DNA of 60,637 nucleotides from Clostridia bacterium (lineage in GTDB: Bacteria > Bacillota > Clostridia > TANB77 > CAG-508). Where the stretch lies: NCBI GenBank assembly GCA_022793905.1, contig JAAWDU010000034.1:73734-134370 (forward strand), written 5' to 3'. A program made the position numbers and the translations under genes. Shown here in pieces: positions 32,623 to 43,935 of the stretch; position 1 is the first letter of the stretch; each line of letters opens with the position of its first letter. The notes under the pieces were generated by a model. That model worked only from the letters and a program-made list of their open reading frames with translations. It was not told the DNA's origin and ran no database searches.

Positions 32623-33060
32623 TTAGCCTTTAGTAATAGCCAAATTGAAGTGTGCACTACTAAGGTGCATAGAAGGCACGGTCGTGACTGGGCCCTTCAA
32701 GGGATAGTACTGGCAGACTCTTCTAATCCAGTTAAGATATTCTTCATCCTCTACGAGTCTCTTTGCCGAGACAGCAAGCTCACAAAAGCCAACCCATTCG
32801 ACTGTCATGTAGTCATCATCATTGCGCGTTTTGCTTCTCATCTCTTCATAATCATGACACTCGATGTTGAACCACATGGCCTTTCCATTTTGGATTTTTT
32901 CGGCAATCACAGAGAAAATCTCACTGTCAACAGAAAAGCTTTCACGGAGATTGCGCCAGTGAGTCTCGGTTTGCCAAATGACAACACCATACTCCCCGCG
33001 CTTCAGCGCATCCTCGGCGATTTTCCGAAGGTTCTCTTCTGTCATTTCGATACGTAACAT
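32623..33060 (-). CDS. Hypothetical protein on a GC-richer islet
   Basis: Intact 145-aa ORF, about 42-50% GC in counted stretches. It has an in-phase CGG at 33025-33027 (ctt CGG aaa, giving L-R-K) with no frame break. Confidence 0.5.
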   Translation of the reverse strand: MLRIEMTEENLRKIAEDALKRGEYGVVIWQTETHWRNLRESFSVDSEIFSVIAEKIQNGKAMWFNIECHDYEEMRSKTRNDDDYMTVEWVGFCELAVSAKRLVEDEEYLNWIRRVCQYYPLKGPVTTVPSMHLSSAHFNLAITKG

Positions 33061-33160
33061 TTTTACCTCCTGTTTTTTCCATAGGCTTTTTATTACTAAA
33101 GTATCACATTTAGTGGTACTTCATATTCATTATACCATTTTTTTTAATAAATAGCAACTT

Positions 33161-35598
33161 TTATGCTTTTTTTATCTTTACTGCGATAACCGTCATATCA
33201 TCTTTTGCAATTCCGACTCCATTGTCTATTGATTGAGCAAGCAAAATATTAGCAATTTTTTGTACATTATCTGTATCAATTTCTTCGAGTAAATTTTTTA
33301 TCCATATTTCCTTATTTTCATATTCAATATTTGATTCTAGAATTCCATCAGAGCACATTATAATAATATCTCCATCATTCAAATCTTTATCATAAACTAC
33401 TAAATCTACCTTATCTAGTATTCCGTGCTGGAAGTGAGACTGATTTTATCACATTTACATTGCGTTTATTTTTTATAAAGCTTGGACAAGCACCATTTTT
33501 CATAAATTCCATATTTCCTGCATATAAATCAAGTATTGCTACATCAAGTGTTGCATAACTATCTTCTTTTGAATTTATATACATACTACTGTTTATTAAT
33601 TCTAAAGATGTATCTTTATCAAAGCCACTACTTAGCATCCTACTAAGCATATTTACAGCAACTATACTAGATTTTTTTGCTTCTGGTCCACTTCCCATCC
33701 CATCACTCAGCGCAATAAGATATTTTCCATCATCAAGCCTCGTTTGTACGCTAGAATCGCCAGATATTTCCATTCCTGATTTTGTCTCATGTGCGAAACC
33801 AATTTGTACAGTAAATTTGTCTTTTGAAACATAAATTTGTAAATCATCAGTTCTTCTTTGTAGCATAATTCCGAGTTTTTAGGACTTTTGAAAGTAGATT
33901 TTCTAACTCTGTTTGCTCACATTCTTTATCTTCTAAAGTGCTATTTACACATAAACTTACAGAATATCTTCCATTTTTATTTTGTTCAATGTTTATCTCA
34001 CTTAGCTTGATTTCTTTTTGCATACATAAGATATTTATTTCTTTTTTCTCTTTTTCAAAATTCTCTTTTGATTTACTATTTATCGATTGTGCAACACTAG
34101 AAATCGCCTTAGAAACTCCATCTAATTGGCTTGATATAACTTTTTTATTTTCCTTCATCCTTTGTTTCCAAAGATTATTTATTTTGCCTATTTTATAAGT
34201 ATCATTTATAATTCTAAGTACGCTATTTATATCTTCTTCAACTTTCATATTTGTATCAAAATCTTCAAATCCCGTTATATACTCATTTCGTTTTTCTAAA
34301 AGATTTAGAATATCTTCTTTATTTATAACATTTTTTTCTAATAAAATCTCAAAAATTTCTGTTGCAAGCCCATTTTCATTTTCTACCAAATCTTCATATA
34401 ATATATTTTCTTGCAAATTTTCAAGCTTTTCTTCTAATGTTTCTATAAAAACATTTTTTGTCTCACTTTCTTTTTCTCTACTTGCTTCCTTGTAATTCCT
34501 TGACATTTCACTTATTGTTTCTGAAACAGTATTTAATTTATATATAGTGTCTGTTTCTGCTGTTTCAAGCATATGTGCTGTACCAACAGGCAAACATAAA
34601 TCTTTTCCGAAAAAATCTTCTATATTAATTTGTATCTTTTTTGGAACTAGCAAAAGTCCCAGAGATGCAAGTACTATTTCTTTAATATATATTGCTTGAA
34701 CCGCATATCCAGTTGAAACATACGAAAGTATAACATTTCCAGCAATAAATCCTAATATAACACCTATTTTTCCAAATCTACTTAATACACCTGCAACCAT
34801 TCCGCGAAAGTGCAAAAGATGCAATCATAATTTGGGTTCCTCCCCCTATTACACCAAGCACAGCTCCTATAGTTATTCCACTTGTTGCACCTATTAAAAT
34901 TCCTTTTTTCCAACCTAATACTAATACTATAAGTATACAAAGTACAGTTTTTATCTCAAACCCAAGAATTTGAAAGTTCCCAAATGCAATAGTAGCAATT
35001 GCAATCATAAGGCTTGCTCCTACAACCTCTTCTACAGTAAATACTTTTGTTAATCCATATTCACTTATTACAATTAATGAATTTGAAAATATTTTATAGA
35101 ATATGTATGCTACAATTCCTGTTGTAATTGCTAAAAATAAATCATATAACAAAAATCCTCTGAGCCATATTTGCAAAGCTTGTACAATTATTACACTTGC
35201 AAATACATATTTCCCAAGTTTTCTTCTCTCACTTTTATATTCTTCTTCATACCATGGTTTAAAAATAAGTACCATTCCGAACAAAAACTAGAGCTGTAAA
35301 TATATATGTAAGTGCTGAACTTCCTCCCATACCAATCATCGTACCTATTAATGTAAAAGTAAAAACAATTCCTGCTGGAAGTCCATTCGAAAGTGCTCCT
35401 GCAAAGATTGCAATTGCAAATGGAGCCATTCCATTAACAGTACTTACCATAGATAGCATAAATGATATAATATATACAAGTGTATTTTGCACTGTAAATG
35501 CTTTTTTAATTATCTCTTTAAAATTTATTTTATCTAGTTTACCGTGTATCTTCAATTACACTTTCTAATTTTTCTTCCTCAGTTATATTTTGAAACAT
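33161..35598 (-). CDS. spoIIE: Stage II sporulation protein E (PP2C phosphatase with polytopic N-terminal domain); 5 CGG +1 sites
   Basis: Fragments join at 35542-35544, 35277-35279, 34802-34804, 33871-33873 and 33423-33425. 811 codons. The C-terminal PP2C region reads ISGDS...ALSDGMGSGPEA...MCSDGILES. Confidence 0.9.
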
Positions 35599-35922
35599 CC
35601 TTACCACCTTCTAACTTTTTTATTAAGTATACAAGCTTTTTCATGCAATGTTTGTCACATTTAGTCATTCTTGATAAAAAAGTTTTCTACATTTTGTGAT
35701 ATACTAATCTATTTTTATTTTTATAATAACAGATTTCGCTTCTAATTTTATAATATATTGTCAAATTTTTCAATAATTTCATTAAATTTTTTTAAATTAT
35801 AGATAATAGCTACATTATCTATTAAAATTAAAATAAAATTGTTGTAACTTTTTTAGTTTTGTGGTATGATAATTTTAGGATGTAAAAAAGGGTATGTATT
35901 ATATTATTAAGGAGGAATTATT

Positions 35923-36477
35923 ATGTGGATTGCAATAGCCTCAATTTTAGGATTAATTATTCTTTGGGCAATATGTGCTTACAATGGTCTAATTAGAAAA
36001 AAAATGAAAGTAGAAAATGCATGGGGACAAATAGATGTACAACTTCAAAGAAGATTCGATTTAATACCAAATTTAGTAAATTGTGTTAAAGGATATATGG
36101 AACATGAAGAAAACGTTCTAACAAAAGTTACTGAGCTTAGAACCTCATGGTCTGGTGCAAAAACAGTAAATGAAAAAGTAGAACTTGATAATGAGCTTAG
36201 TGGAGCTTTAAAAACTATTATGGCTGTTTCAGAAAACTATCCAGATTTAAAAGCAAATCAAAACTTTTCAGAATTGCAGGAAGAACTAAGAAATACAGAA
36301 AATAAAATTTCTTATTCAAGACAATTTTATAATGATAGTGTAACAATGTATAATACAGCAATTTCAGTATTCCCAAGCAGTATAATTGCTTCACTATTTG
36401 CTTTCAAATCTCAAACATTATTTGTTGTTACTGATGAACAAACAAGACAAAATGTTAAAGTAGATTTTAGTAAATAA
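35923..36477 (+). CDS. lemA: LemA family membrane protein
   Basis: Intact 184-aa ORF with RBS AAGGAGG and an N-terminal TM segment. Adjacent to htpX. Confidence 0.85.
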   Translation: MWIAIASILGLIILWAICAYNGLIRKKMKVENAWGQIDVQLQRRFDLIPNLVNCVKGYMEHEENVLTKVTELRTSWSGAKTVNEKVELDNELSGALKTIMAVSENYPDLKANQNFSELQEELRNTENKISYSRQFYNDSVTMYNTAISVFPSSIIASLFAFKSQTLFVVTDEQTRQNVKVDFSK

Positions 36478-36486
36478 AAAAATAGT

Positions 36487-36530
36487 AAAAGCTAGCTTAA
36501 TTTTTTATTCTATTTTAAGCTAGCTTTTTT
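36487..36530 (+). terminator. Terminator after lemA
   Basis: aaaagctagcttaa-N14-ttaagctagctttttt. Confidence 0.7.
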
Positions 36531-36562
36531 CAAATAACCAAAAAGAAAGGAAAGAACTTTTT

Positions 36563-37453
36563 ATGTATGAAGATATTCGCTCTAATAAATTTAAGTCTGG
36601 TGTAATTATTTCTATATTTATATTAGTAATTACATTAATTATTTACTATATATGCATGGCATTTGACATGGGAATTATTTCTATTATAATAGCACTTACA
36701 TTTTCTATTATTACAGCTTGGATTTCTTATTATAATAGTGATAAAATTGTACTTAGAATGTCTAATGCAAGACCTGCAACACACGAAGAAAATCAAAAGT
36801 TAGTTAATATTTTAGACGCACTTGTTATAAGCTCTGGAATAGGTGTAACACCAAAACTATATGTTGTAGATGATAAACAACCAAATGCATTTGCAACAGG
36901 TAGAGACCCTGAGCATTCTGTAATTTGTGTAACAACAGGATTGCTAGAAAAATTAGATTATTATGAACTTGAAGGAGTTATTGGTCATGAGTTAGCACAT
37001 ATTGCAAATTATGATATCAGACTTTCTGCTGTTTTAACTGTAATGGTTGGATTTGTAGTTATGCTTTCTGATATTTTCTCACGTTCTTTTTATAGAGCTG
37101 GTCGTTCTCGAGATAATGATAATAATAGTGGAAATGGAATCTTAATGCTTATAGGGCTTATATTTTTAATTCTAGCTCCTATTTTTGGGAAATTAATACA
37201 ACTAGCATTTTCTAGAAGAAGAGAATTTTTAGCTGATGCAACATCTGCAAAATATACAAGAAATCCAGATGGACTCATCTCAGCACTTCAAAAAATATCT
37301 GAAGACCCAAATGAATTAAGGAGTGCAAATAAGTCTACTGCCCATATGTATATCTCTTCTCCTTTTAGAGATAAAAAGATACAAAAATCTAGTGTCTGGT
37401 CAACTCACCCAAGCTTAGATGAAAGAGTCGAAGCACTCCAAAATTTAAAATAA
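36563..37453 (+). CDS. htpX: M48-family zinc protease HtpX
   Basis: Intact 296-aa ORF with the HELAH zinc motif (IGHELAHIANYD) and TM segments. Confidence 0.85.
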   Translation: MYEDIRSNKFKSGVIISIFILVITLIIYYICMAFDMGIISIIIALTFSIITAWISYYNSDKIVLRMSNARPATHEENQKLVNILDALVISSGIGVTPKLYVVDDKQPNAFATGRDPEHSVICVTTGLLEKLDYYELEGVIGHELAHIANYDIRLSAVLTVMVGFVVMLSDIFSRSFYRAGRSRDNDNNSGNGILMLIGLIFLILAPIFGKLIQLAFSRRREFLADATSAKYTRNPDGLISALQKISEDPNELRSANKSTAHMYISSPFRDKKIQKSSVWSTHPSLDERVEALQNLK

Positions 37454-37485
37454 AAAAAATGTGCCATATGTAGGCACTTTATTAT

Positions 37486-38264
37486 TTATATTTCATAAAC
37501 TCTCTTAGCGTTTTCATATGTTATTTTAGCAACATCTTCTATATTTTTATTTCTTACATCAGCTATCTTTTGTGCTATATATTTTACATTTCCGAGAATC
37601 ATTTCTTTTTCCTCTATTAGGCTCTGGGCTCAAATATGGAGAATCTGTCTCTATTAATATTCTATCTTCTGGTACCATTTTTATTATTTCTTCTGCATTT
37701 TTCGAACTTTTATATGTAATTGGTCCTGCAAATGAAATATAAAAACCTTCTTCAATCCCCGCTTTTACTAAATCTTTATTCAACTGGCAACAATGCAAAA
37801 TCCCATGTTTAATCGGCTTAATTTCATGCTTTAATATTTCTATTGTGTCCATTATTGCATCTCTTGAATGAATAACAATTGGAAGCTTAAGTTTATTTGC
37901 TAAATTAATTTGCTCTAAAAATGCAAATCTTTGAAGTTCTTTTTTATTTTGCTCCCAGTGATAATCTAACCCAATTTCTCCTATAGCAACATTTTTACTA
38001 TATACCGCTATCTTTTCTATTTCTTCTATTTGAGAAATTATCTCCTTTTCACTCTCTCCTATCTCATTTGGATGAATACCGTACTGCTGAATAAATAAAT
38101 TCATACTCTTTAGCTAATTGTATTGCTTTTTTTGAATTTTCTACATTATCTCCTATAACAGCAAATTTCGTTACACCTTCTTTATATATCCTTTTTATTA
38201 CATCATCTCTATCTTCATCAAACTTTTCATCATTATAATGTGTGTGTGTATCAAATAATTCCAT
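37486..38264 (-). CDS. tatD: TatD-family metal-dependent DNase/hydrolase; 2 CGG +1 sites
   Basis: MELFDTHTHY... joins at 38079-38081 (SAV-G-IHPNE) and 37592-37594 (NDS-G-NVKYIAQKIA). 259 codons. Confidence 0.85.
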
Positions 38265-38265
38265 T

Positions 38266-38646
38266 TTAGTTTTCCTCCCAAAGTGCAACAACATTTGCCA
38301 CTGCATACTCTTTGCAATGCGATAAACTTATCTCTATATTTTTTATCCCTTTTATTTTATCAGAAATAAAATTTACTTTTGGTCTACCATTTTTATCATT
38401 CAAAACCTCTACATCATTCCAAGATATATCAAACTTATTATCTAATTTATCCGAAATCGCCTTAAAAATTGCCTCCTTAGCTGCGAATCTAACTGCATAA
38501 TGTTGGTACTTTACATTTTTCTTGCTTTCACAATAATCTACTTCTGATTTCGTATAAATTCTATCAAGTCCATCTCTTGCTGTTTCATCTATTAGTTTTT
38601 TAATTCTTTCAATCTCAATTATATCTGTTCCACACGATATATTCAT
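38266..38646 (-). CDS. acpS: Holo-[acyl-carrier-protein] synthase
   Basis: Intact 126-aa ORF, GTDIIEIERI...FAAKEAIFKA. Confidence 0.85.
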   Translation of the reverse strand: MNISCGTDIIEIERIKKLIDETARDGLDRIYTKSEVDYCESKKNVKYQHYAVRFAAKEAIFKAISDKLDNKFDISWNDVEVLNDKNGRPKVNFISDKIKGIKNIEISLSHCKEYAVANVVALWEEN

Positions 38647-38660
38647 TTTGCATCAATTCC

Positions 38661-39889
38661 TTACTTCAACTTATAAAGATTAATAAAGTTAACAATATTT
38701 GTTAATATAGAAACTGCAAGTAGCATTAATACCACCTTATTTAATAAATCACTATTTTTCATTTTAAATCCTTTGGTTACAACATCATACTGTTCTTTTA
38801 CAGTTTCATATATTTTAGTTAACTCTAGTGCTTCTTTTGTTTTTTCAAATATTAGAGTTCCATTATCTTGACTTGTAAGTTCATGAACCCAGATATCATT
38901 AGTAAAATCTATAAACTTCCTTGTTCCCTTTTGTTCTTTTATCCTGCTTTTGAAGTCATACAAAAGTTTTGAAAAGTAAAATTTTTCATATAACGCAAAT
39001 ATGTATGCATACAAATACTCATTCTCAAATTCAAATGGTAAATTTGTATAATTAACTGTATTTATACTAGATGTAAGCAAATTCATCCCGAGCTTTCGTT
39101 ATTCCGAAGTTTTGTATATTTTCCTAAATTTGCAACTTCTAATCTATCATTCACATATTCTGAATTAAATTCAGAATTAAGCACATTTGCATACTTATAA
39201 AATTCTTTTTCTATTTCTCCAAATTGTCTATTTTCATTCCAATATTCTTGGTCTAAACACACATATGAATATGTCAAAAATCTATTTATATCTATATCAA
39301 ATTTCTTTGAAAAATCTGAGGTTCCAGTTATTTCTTTTATCAAATCTGTTAAACTTTTTATATCTCCAAAAGTGCTTGTCTGAATTTTTATATTCCTATA
39401 CTCTTGAATTTCTGAATTAATAGCTCTAAACTTCACATTAAAATTCAAAAGGTCTGAAAATTTATCAGTATCTTCTATATTCGTTTTCATAACTAAGAAG
39501 CATATTCCTGTTTTGAAGCATATAACTTCGATTTTATCTATCTTAAAAAAAATCCCATCTTCTTCACCAGTTTTAGCTTGTGCATCTTCTCCAATCTTAT
39601 ATTCAAACATCGTACATGGTAAATTTTTAAACATAGTCTCTCTAAACTTATTATCTAACGAATTTATTTCTTTTGTTTCTTTTTTTGCAAATCCAAAACT
39701 TCCAAACATATAATCCCTAATCGTTGGCAAGAAAAACTTAAAAATACTAAGATTTTTCTCTTTCTCGAAAAATTTTGTCTCATACTTCTCACTTTTCATT
39801 AGTCTTCCAATATAATTTTTATATTTGCCTTCTTTTATTACATAAGGATAAATAAAATAGCTATAATTATATTTCATCTTTAGTTCCAT
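38661..39889 (-). CDS. Hypothetical protein (408 aa) with a C-terminal TM segment; 2 CGG +1 sites
   Basis: ORFs 39083..39889 and 38661..39086 join through 39104-39106 and 39088-39090, 16 nt apart (KL-G-ITKA-G-MNLL). 409 codons. Confidence 0.55.
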
Positions 39890-39910
39890 AATCTATTCCT
39901 CTCTTTGCTT

Positions 39911-41446
39911 TTAGGCATCTAAATAATAATTTGCATTTATATCTTCACACAAGTGCCATGTGCCAATAAAATCTATTTTTGAATTATTATCTAAATTATA
40001 TTTAGGTTCTACCACAATATTTCCATTTAAGTCAATTGCCCCCCATACTCCATCCTTTTTTATACCTGCATAACCACTGCTATTTTGCTCTGTTGCATCA
40101 TCATATTGATAATCTATAATAACCTTTCCACTTGCATCTATAAATCCATATTTACCATCTTTTTTGCTTACAAATAAAGTATTTGAAGTTAAAACTCCAG
40201 ATGCTGATTTTTCTTCAAACTTAAAATTATAATACTTATATTCATCATTAATACTTAGTCTTATATATCCTTTCTCTGTATTAATTTCAGCTATCTCTCC
40301 TTTTATTTTTTCTTCAAAATTTGTATCATACACTTTTGAAATTTCTTTTCCATTTTCTGTATAATTTGCGATGATAAAATCACCAGAACTTATATATTTT
40401 ATGCTTGTACTTTCAAAACCTAAAGAAACATTCCCATCTAAATTTACCACTCCATATTTTCCTTCTTTTTTAGCTATATAATAATTTCCATTTGTTCCTT
40501 CTAAGCTCTCATAATCAAAGCTGATTTTAGTTTCCCCGTTCATATCTATTACACCATACTTATCTTTAGATGTACATGCAATAATATTGTCTTTTCCAAT
40601 TTCTAAAACATCTTCAAATTCTTTATTTACCTTTTTTTCTCCACTTTTGTTAACTATTATATATTTTCCATTTTCTTTAACAGCATAAAGCTCTTCTCCA
40701 CAAATACTTTTAACATCATCATATTTAACTTCTAGAATTTTATTTTTATCAAATCCCATAATACCATGTTTGTTATTTTCATTAGCAACAATATATCCAT
40801 TTTTATAGTCTTCTCCGATTTTTTCAATCTTTTTATAATCTGGGTTAATTATTATATTTCCTGTATCATCACAAAGTCCAAATTTTCCATTCTTTTCAAT
40901 CATCAAACTATTTTCTATTCCAAAAATCGGTTTAATACTATCATACTCTGGTTCTAGTAACTTTTTCCCAGAGTAATTTATTAAACCAAATTTTCCATTC
41001 TTTTCAATTTTGAAAACATTTTTCTCATACCAAATATTATTCTCTTTATCATAATTTGCTATTGCTTCAATTTTATCATAATCTTTTATTATTTCTTTTC
41101 CTTTTCCATTAATAACTTTTGTTTTATAATTATTATTTCCATAGTCTACATCATATGTGCAAACAAAAATATCCTGTGTTTCATCTGGAACTATAATCAT
41201 TTCATCATATTCAGGTTTTATAATAACTTCTCCATAGGAATTTATTACCCCCCATTTTCCATTATCATACATGGTATAGTAGCAAACCTTCTCTATCTTC
41301 CCTGCTAAACTTTTTGAATCTTTACTTAATAAATTCTTAATGCCAAAAACACATGCAATGATTAACAAAATTATTAAAATCACTGCAAATACTTTCTTTA
41401 AATTTAGTTTAGGTTCATCATCATATCTTCTGCCACGTTTTGCCAT
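39911..41446 (-). CDS. Membrane-anchored WG-repeat (KWG-type) protein
   Basis: Intact 511-aa ORF with repeated GK(Y/F/W)G(V/L/F)I(N/D) units. Confidence 0.7.
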   Translation of the reverse strand: MAKRGRRYDDEPKLNLKKVFAVILIILLIIACVFGIKNLLSKDSKSLAGKIEKVCYYTMYDNGKWGVINSYGEVIIKPEYDEMIIVPDETQDIFVCTYDVDYGNNNYKTKVINGKGKEIIKDYDKIEAIANYDKENNIWYEKNVFKIEKNGKFGLINYSGKKLLEPEYDSIKPIFGIENSLMIEKNGKFGLCDDTGNIIINPDYKKIEKIGEDYKNGYIVANENNKHGIMGFDKNKILEVKYDDVKSICGEELYAVKENGKYIIVNKSGEKKVNKEFEDVLEIGKDNIIACTSKDKYGVIDMNGETKISFDYESLEGTNGNYYIAKKEGKYGVVNLDGNVSLGFESTSIKYISSGDFIIANYTENGKEISKVYDTNFEEKIKGEIAEINTEKGYIRLSINDEYKYYNFKFEEKSASGVLTSNTLFVSKKDGKYGFIDASGKVIIDYQYDDATEQNSSGYAGIKKDGVWGAIDLNGNIVVEPKYNLDNNSKIDFIGTWHLCEDINANYYLDA

Positions 41447-41554
41447 ATATTTACCACTCTTTTCTTTAAATTAATTTCTTTTGATTTTTCATATTTACTA
41501 TATCATACTTTCATAAAATCTTCAATCATTTTTTAAACTTATTTTATTAAATTT

Positions 41555-42727
41555 TTATTTTATCATTCCTTTATAGTATTTCCAAGCAATAATCCTTTCT
41601 GCCATTCTCTCTATTCTATTTTCATCTATTTTTCCTGCATTTACAGCTTCTTTTATTTCTTCTATACTTTTTTCGTAATCTGTAACTATTATTAAATCAT
41701 TTCCTGCATTTACAGCTTTTATCACAGCCTCATTATCCTTTGCAACAGCTCCCATATATAAATCATCTGTTATAATTACCCCACTAAATTTAAGTTCTTC
41801 TCTTAAAACTTCATGAATTTTCTTTGAAAGTGAAGCTGGATTTTCTCCATCTATACTTGAGACTATATTATGGCTCACAAGTATAGCTTCTGCTCCTGCT
41901 TCTATTCCCTCTTTAAATGTTGGTAAATCCTTTTCACAAATTTCTTCATATGTTTTTGTATCTGTTGAACTCGTCTTGTGTGTATCTAAATTATTTCCAT
42001 AACCTGGAAAGTGTTTTAGTGTATAAGAAACTTTTCCTTCTTTACTTGCTTCTATTACACTTTTTGCAAATGTAGAGGTAAGAGCAGTTCCCTCTCCTAA
42101 TGTTCTATTATACATATAATCACTTTCATTTGTAGACACATCTACAACAGGAGCCAAATTAAGATTTATTCCTAAATTTTCTAAAAATCTTGATTTTTCC
42201 TTTGTATCTTCTTTTATTCTTTCAAATCCGCCTTCTTCATATAATTCTCTAGGAGATTTAAACTTTTCATCTCTTAAATTTTTATTAGAACTAACTCTTA
42301 CTACTTTTCCTCCCTCTTCATCTACAGCAATCAAAAGTGGTACTTTTGATTCTTTTTGTAAATTATTTATCTCCTCCTTTATTTCTTCCTCTTTCTTATT
42401 TTTAAAATCTTTTTCAAATAATAAATATCCTCCGAAATTATACTCTTTTAAAGTCTCTACTTGTTTTTTTTCTGGGTATCTCACTAAAAAAATTTGCCCA
42501 ATTTTTTCATCTAAAGTCATTTTGCTAACTTTCTCTCTTGAAACATCATAAAATTCTTCAAATATATTAAGTTCCTCTTGTTCTTGTAGTTCCTTAGTTT
42601 CTTCCAAATTTCCAGTCTTTTCCTCTGTTTTTTGCTCTTTTTTTGGAATTATATTAATTATTACTATTATCAAAACTATGAAGCCTATTAATCCTCCTAT
42701 AATAGCATAAATTTGTTTTTTATTCAT
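41555..42727 (-). CDS. GH3 beta-N-acetylhexosaminidase (NagZ-like), membrane-anchored
   Basis: Intact 390-aa ORF with IGQIFLVRY, LIAVDEEGGKV, KHFPGYG and VITDDL. Confidence 0.8.
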   Translation of the reverse strand: MNKKQIYAIIGGLIGFIVLIIVIINIIPKKEQKTEEKTGNLEETKELQEQEELNIFEEFYDVSREKVSKMTLDEKIGQIFLVRYPEKKQVETLKEYNFGGYLLFEKDFKNKKEEEIKEEINNLQKESKVPLLIAVDEEGGKVVRVSSNKNLRDEKFKSPRELYEEGGFERIKEDTKEKSRFLENLGINLNLAPVVDVSTNESDYMYNRTLGEGTALTSTFAKSVIEASKEGKVSYTLKHFPGYGNNLDTHKTSSTDTKTYEEICEKDLPTFKEGIEAGAEAILVSHNIVSSIDGENPASLSKKIHEVLREELKFSGVIITDDLYMGAVAKDNEAVIKAVNAGNDLIIVTDYEKSIEEIKEAVNAGKIDENRIERMAERIIAWKYYKGMIK

Positions 42728-42808
42728 TATTTATCACCCTTACCATTAGTTTATATTTATTTTAATATAATATGTGAAATAACGCAACTTTTTTATCAAT
42801 TATCTAAA

Positions 42809-42837
42809 TTGACATAACATTTAAAATAAGATATAAT
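42809..42837 (+). promoter_or_regulatory. Consensus sigma-A promoter
   Basis: TTGACA, a 17-nt spacer and TATAAT upstream of ORF 42884..43726. Confidence 0.6.
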
Positions 42838-42883
42838 AAAAATATGGGAAATGTTCCCAAAATAAATTTTGGAGGTTACACAC

Positions 42884-43726
42884 ATGGAACAGAATAAGAA
42901 AAGCACAAATCTGCAAGTTCGGGAAAATGGTGTAAATCATGACCACTCTCCTACAGACACTTCTGGTGAATTTGCGCTTTACCTCGGCATCTGGCTTACG
43001 TTAGGTTTCATGACACTCTTCGCTTTTGGCTTAATGGCTTCTCTTCAAACAAATGACAAAGAAACCAAAGAGCCTACTGAAGTACCTCTTACCTCAGAAG
43101 TAAAAACAGATACCTCAAGCACCGACACCTCAGGAATGCATGACTCAACAAGCACTCAAAACGAACTAAACAATTTGAGGTCAGAAAATTCCTCTATGAG
43201 AAGCAAGTTAGAAGCTCTTAGTGAGGCACTCAAAACTGCAAAGGATGAAAATGCTTCATTGTATGAAAAGGTAAGAACTTTAGAGGAAGAAAAAACACAA
43301 ATTGCAGAAAAATACGAAAATGCGGAAAAGCTTCTTGCTGAAATCAATAGTATTCCCAAAAGCTACAAAGATGTATACTTCAGCTTAGATGAAATTGTCT
43401 TTGCCAAAGATTCTTCAACTGCTTATGCTCTTGGAGTAGATAAAGAAAACGGAAGGCTCTTCAATTTATTTACTAATGAAGAGTTTGCACTCAAGGGAAT
43501 AAGTAGCCACACTGAATACTTTGGATTTGGAGAGCCCTATGAATTCGCACTTGAGGATTTCCTAAACAAAGACATAAGACTTAGCATTAAAGGTTATCTC
43601 TACTCTAATATTGGCATTCCAGACGATTTGCAAATGAAAGCAGTTGATGGAAAACTTAACCTTTACGACATCTGTGTAAGCCTGTTTAGCTTAAGAAGCA
43701 AATTATCAGGAGAATTACTTTATTAA
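42884..43726 (+). CDS. Hypothetical single-pass membrane protein with a coiled-coil region, GC-richer than its surroundings
   Basis: Intact ORF; the track start is 42869 and ATG 42884 is more likely. About 45% GC in the counted stretch. It has an in-phase CGG at 42920-42922 (gtt CGG gaa) with no frame break. Confidence 0.5.
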   Translation: MEQNKKSTNLQVRENGVNHDHSPTDTSGEFALYLGIWLTLGFMTLFAFGLMASLQTNDKETKEPTEVPLTSEVKTDTSSTDTSGMHDSTSTQNELNNLRSENSSMRSKLEALSEALKTAKDENASLYEKVRTLEEEKTQIAEKYENAEKLLAEINSIPKSYKDVYFSLDEIVFAKDSSTAYALGVDKENGRLFNLFTNEEFALKGISSHTEYFGFGEPYEFALEDFLNKDIRLSIKGYLYSNIGIPDDLQMKAVDGKLNLYDICVSLFSLRSKLSGELLY

Positions 43727-43778
43727 CCTGTTACCTTAAGTAACCAAAAAAGTATCCTAAATTAGGATATCTAACTTA

Positions 43779-43819
43779 GGAAATTGGACAGAGCTTTTTC
43801 TGTCCAATTTCCTTTTTTT
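43779..43819 (+). terminator. Rho-independent terminator
   Basis: ggaaattggaca-N10-tgtccaatttcc followed by TTTTTTT. Confidence 0.8.
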
Positions 43820-43935
43820 GTTTTAAAGAAATTTTATATATTTTTGCTTTTATAGCAAGTTTATGTTTAAAATCATTTGTATTTTCTTGTCTAATATGGT
43901 ATAATTATGTTTGTTAATTTTTTATTTAAGGAAAG

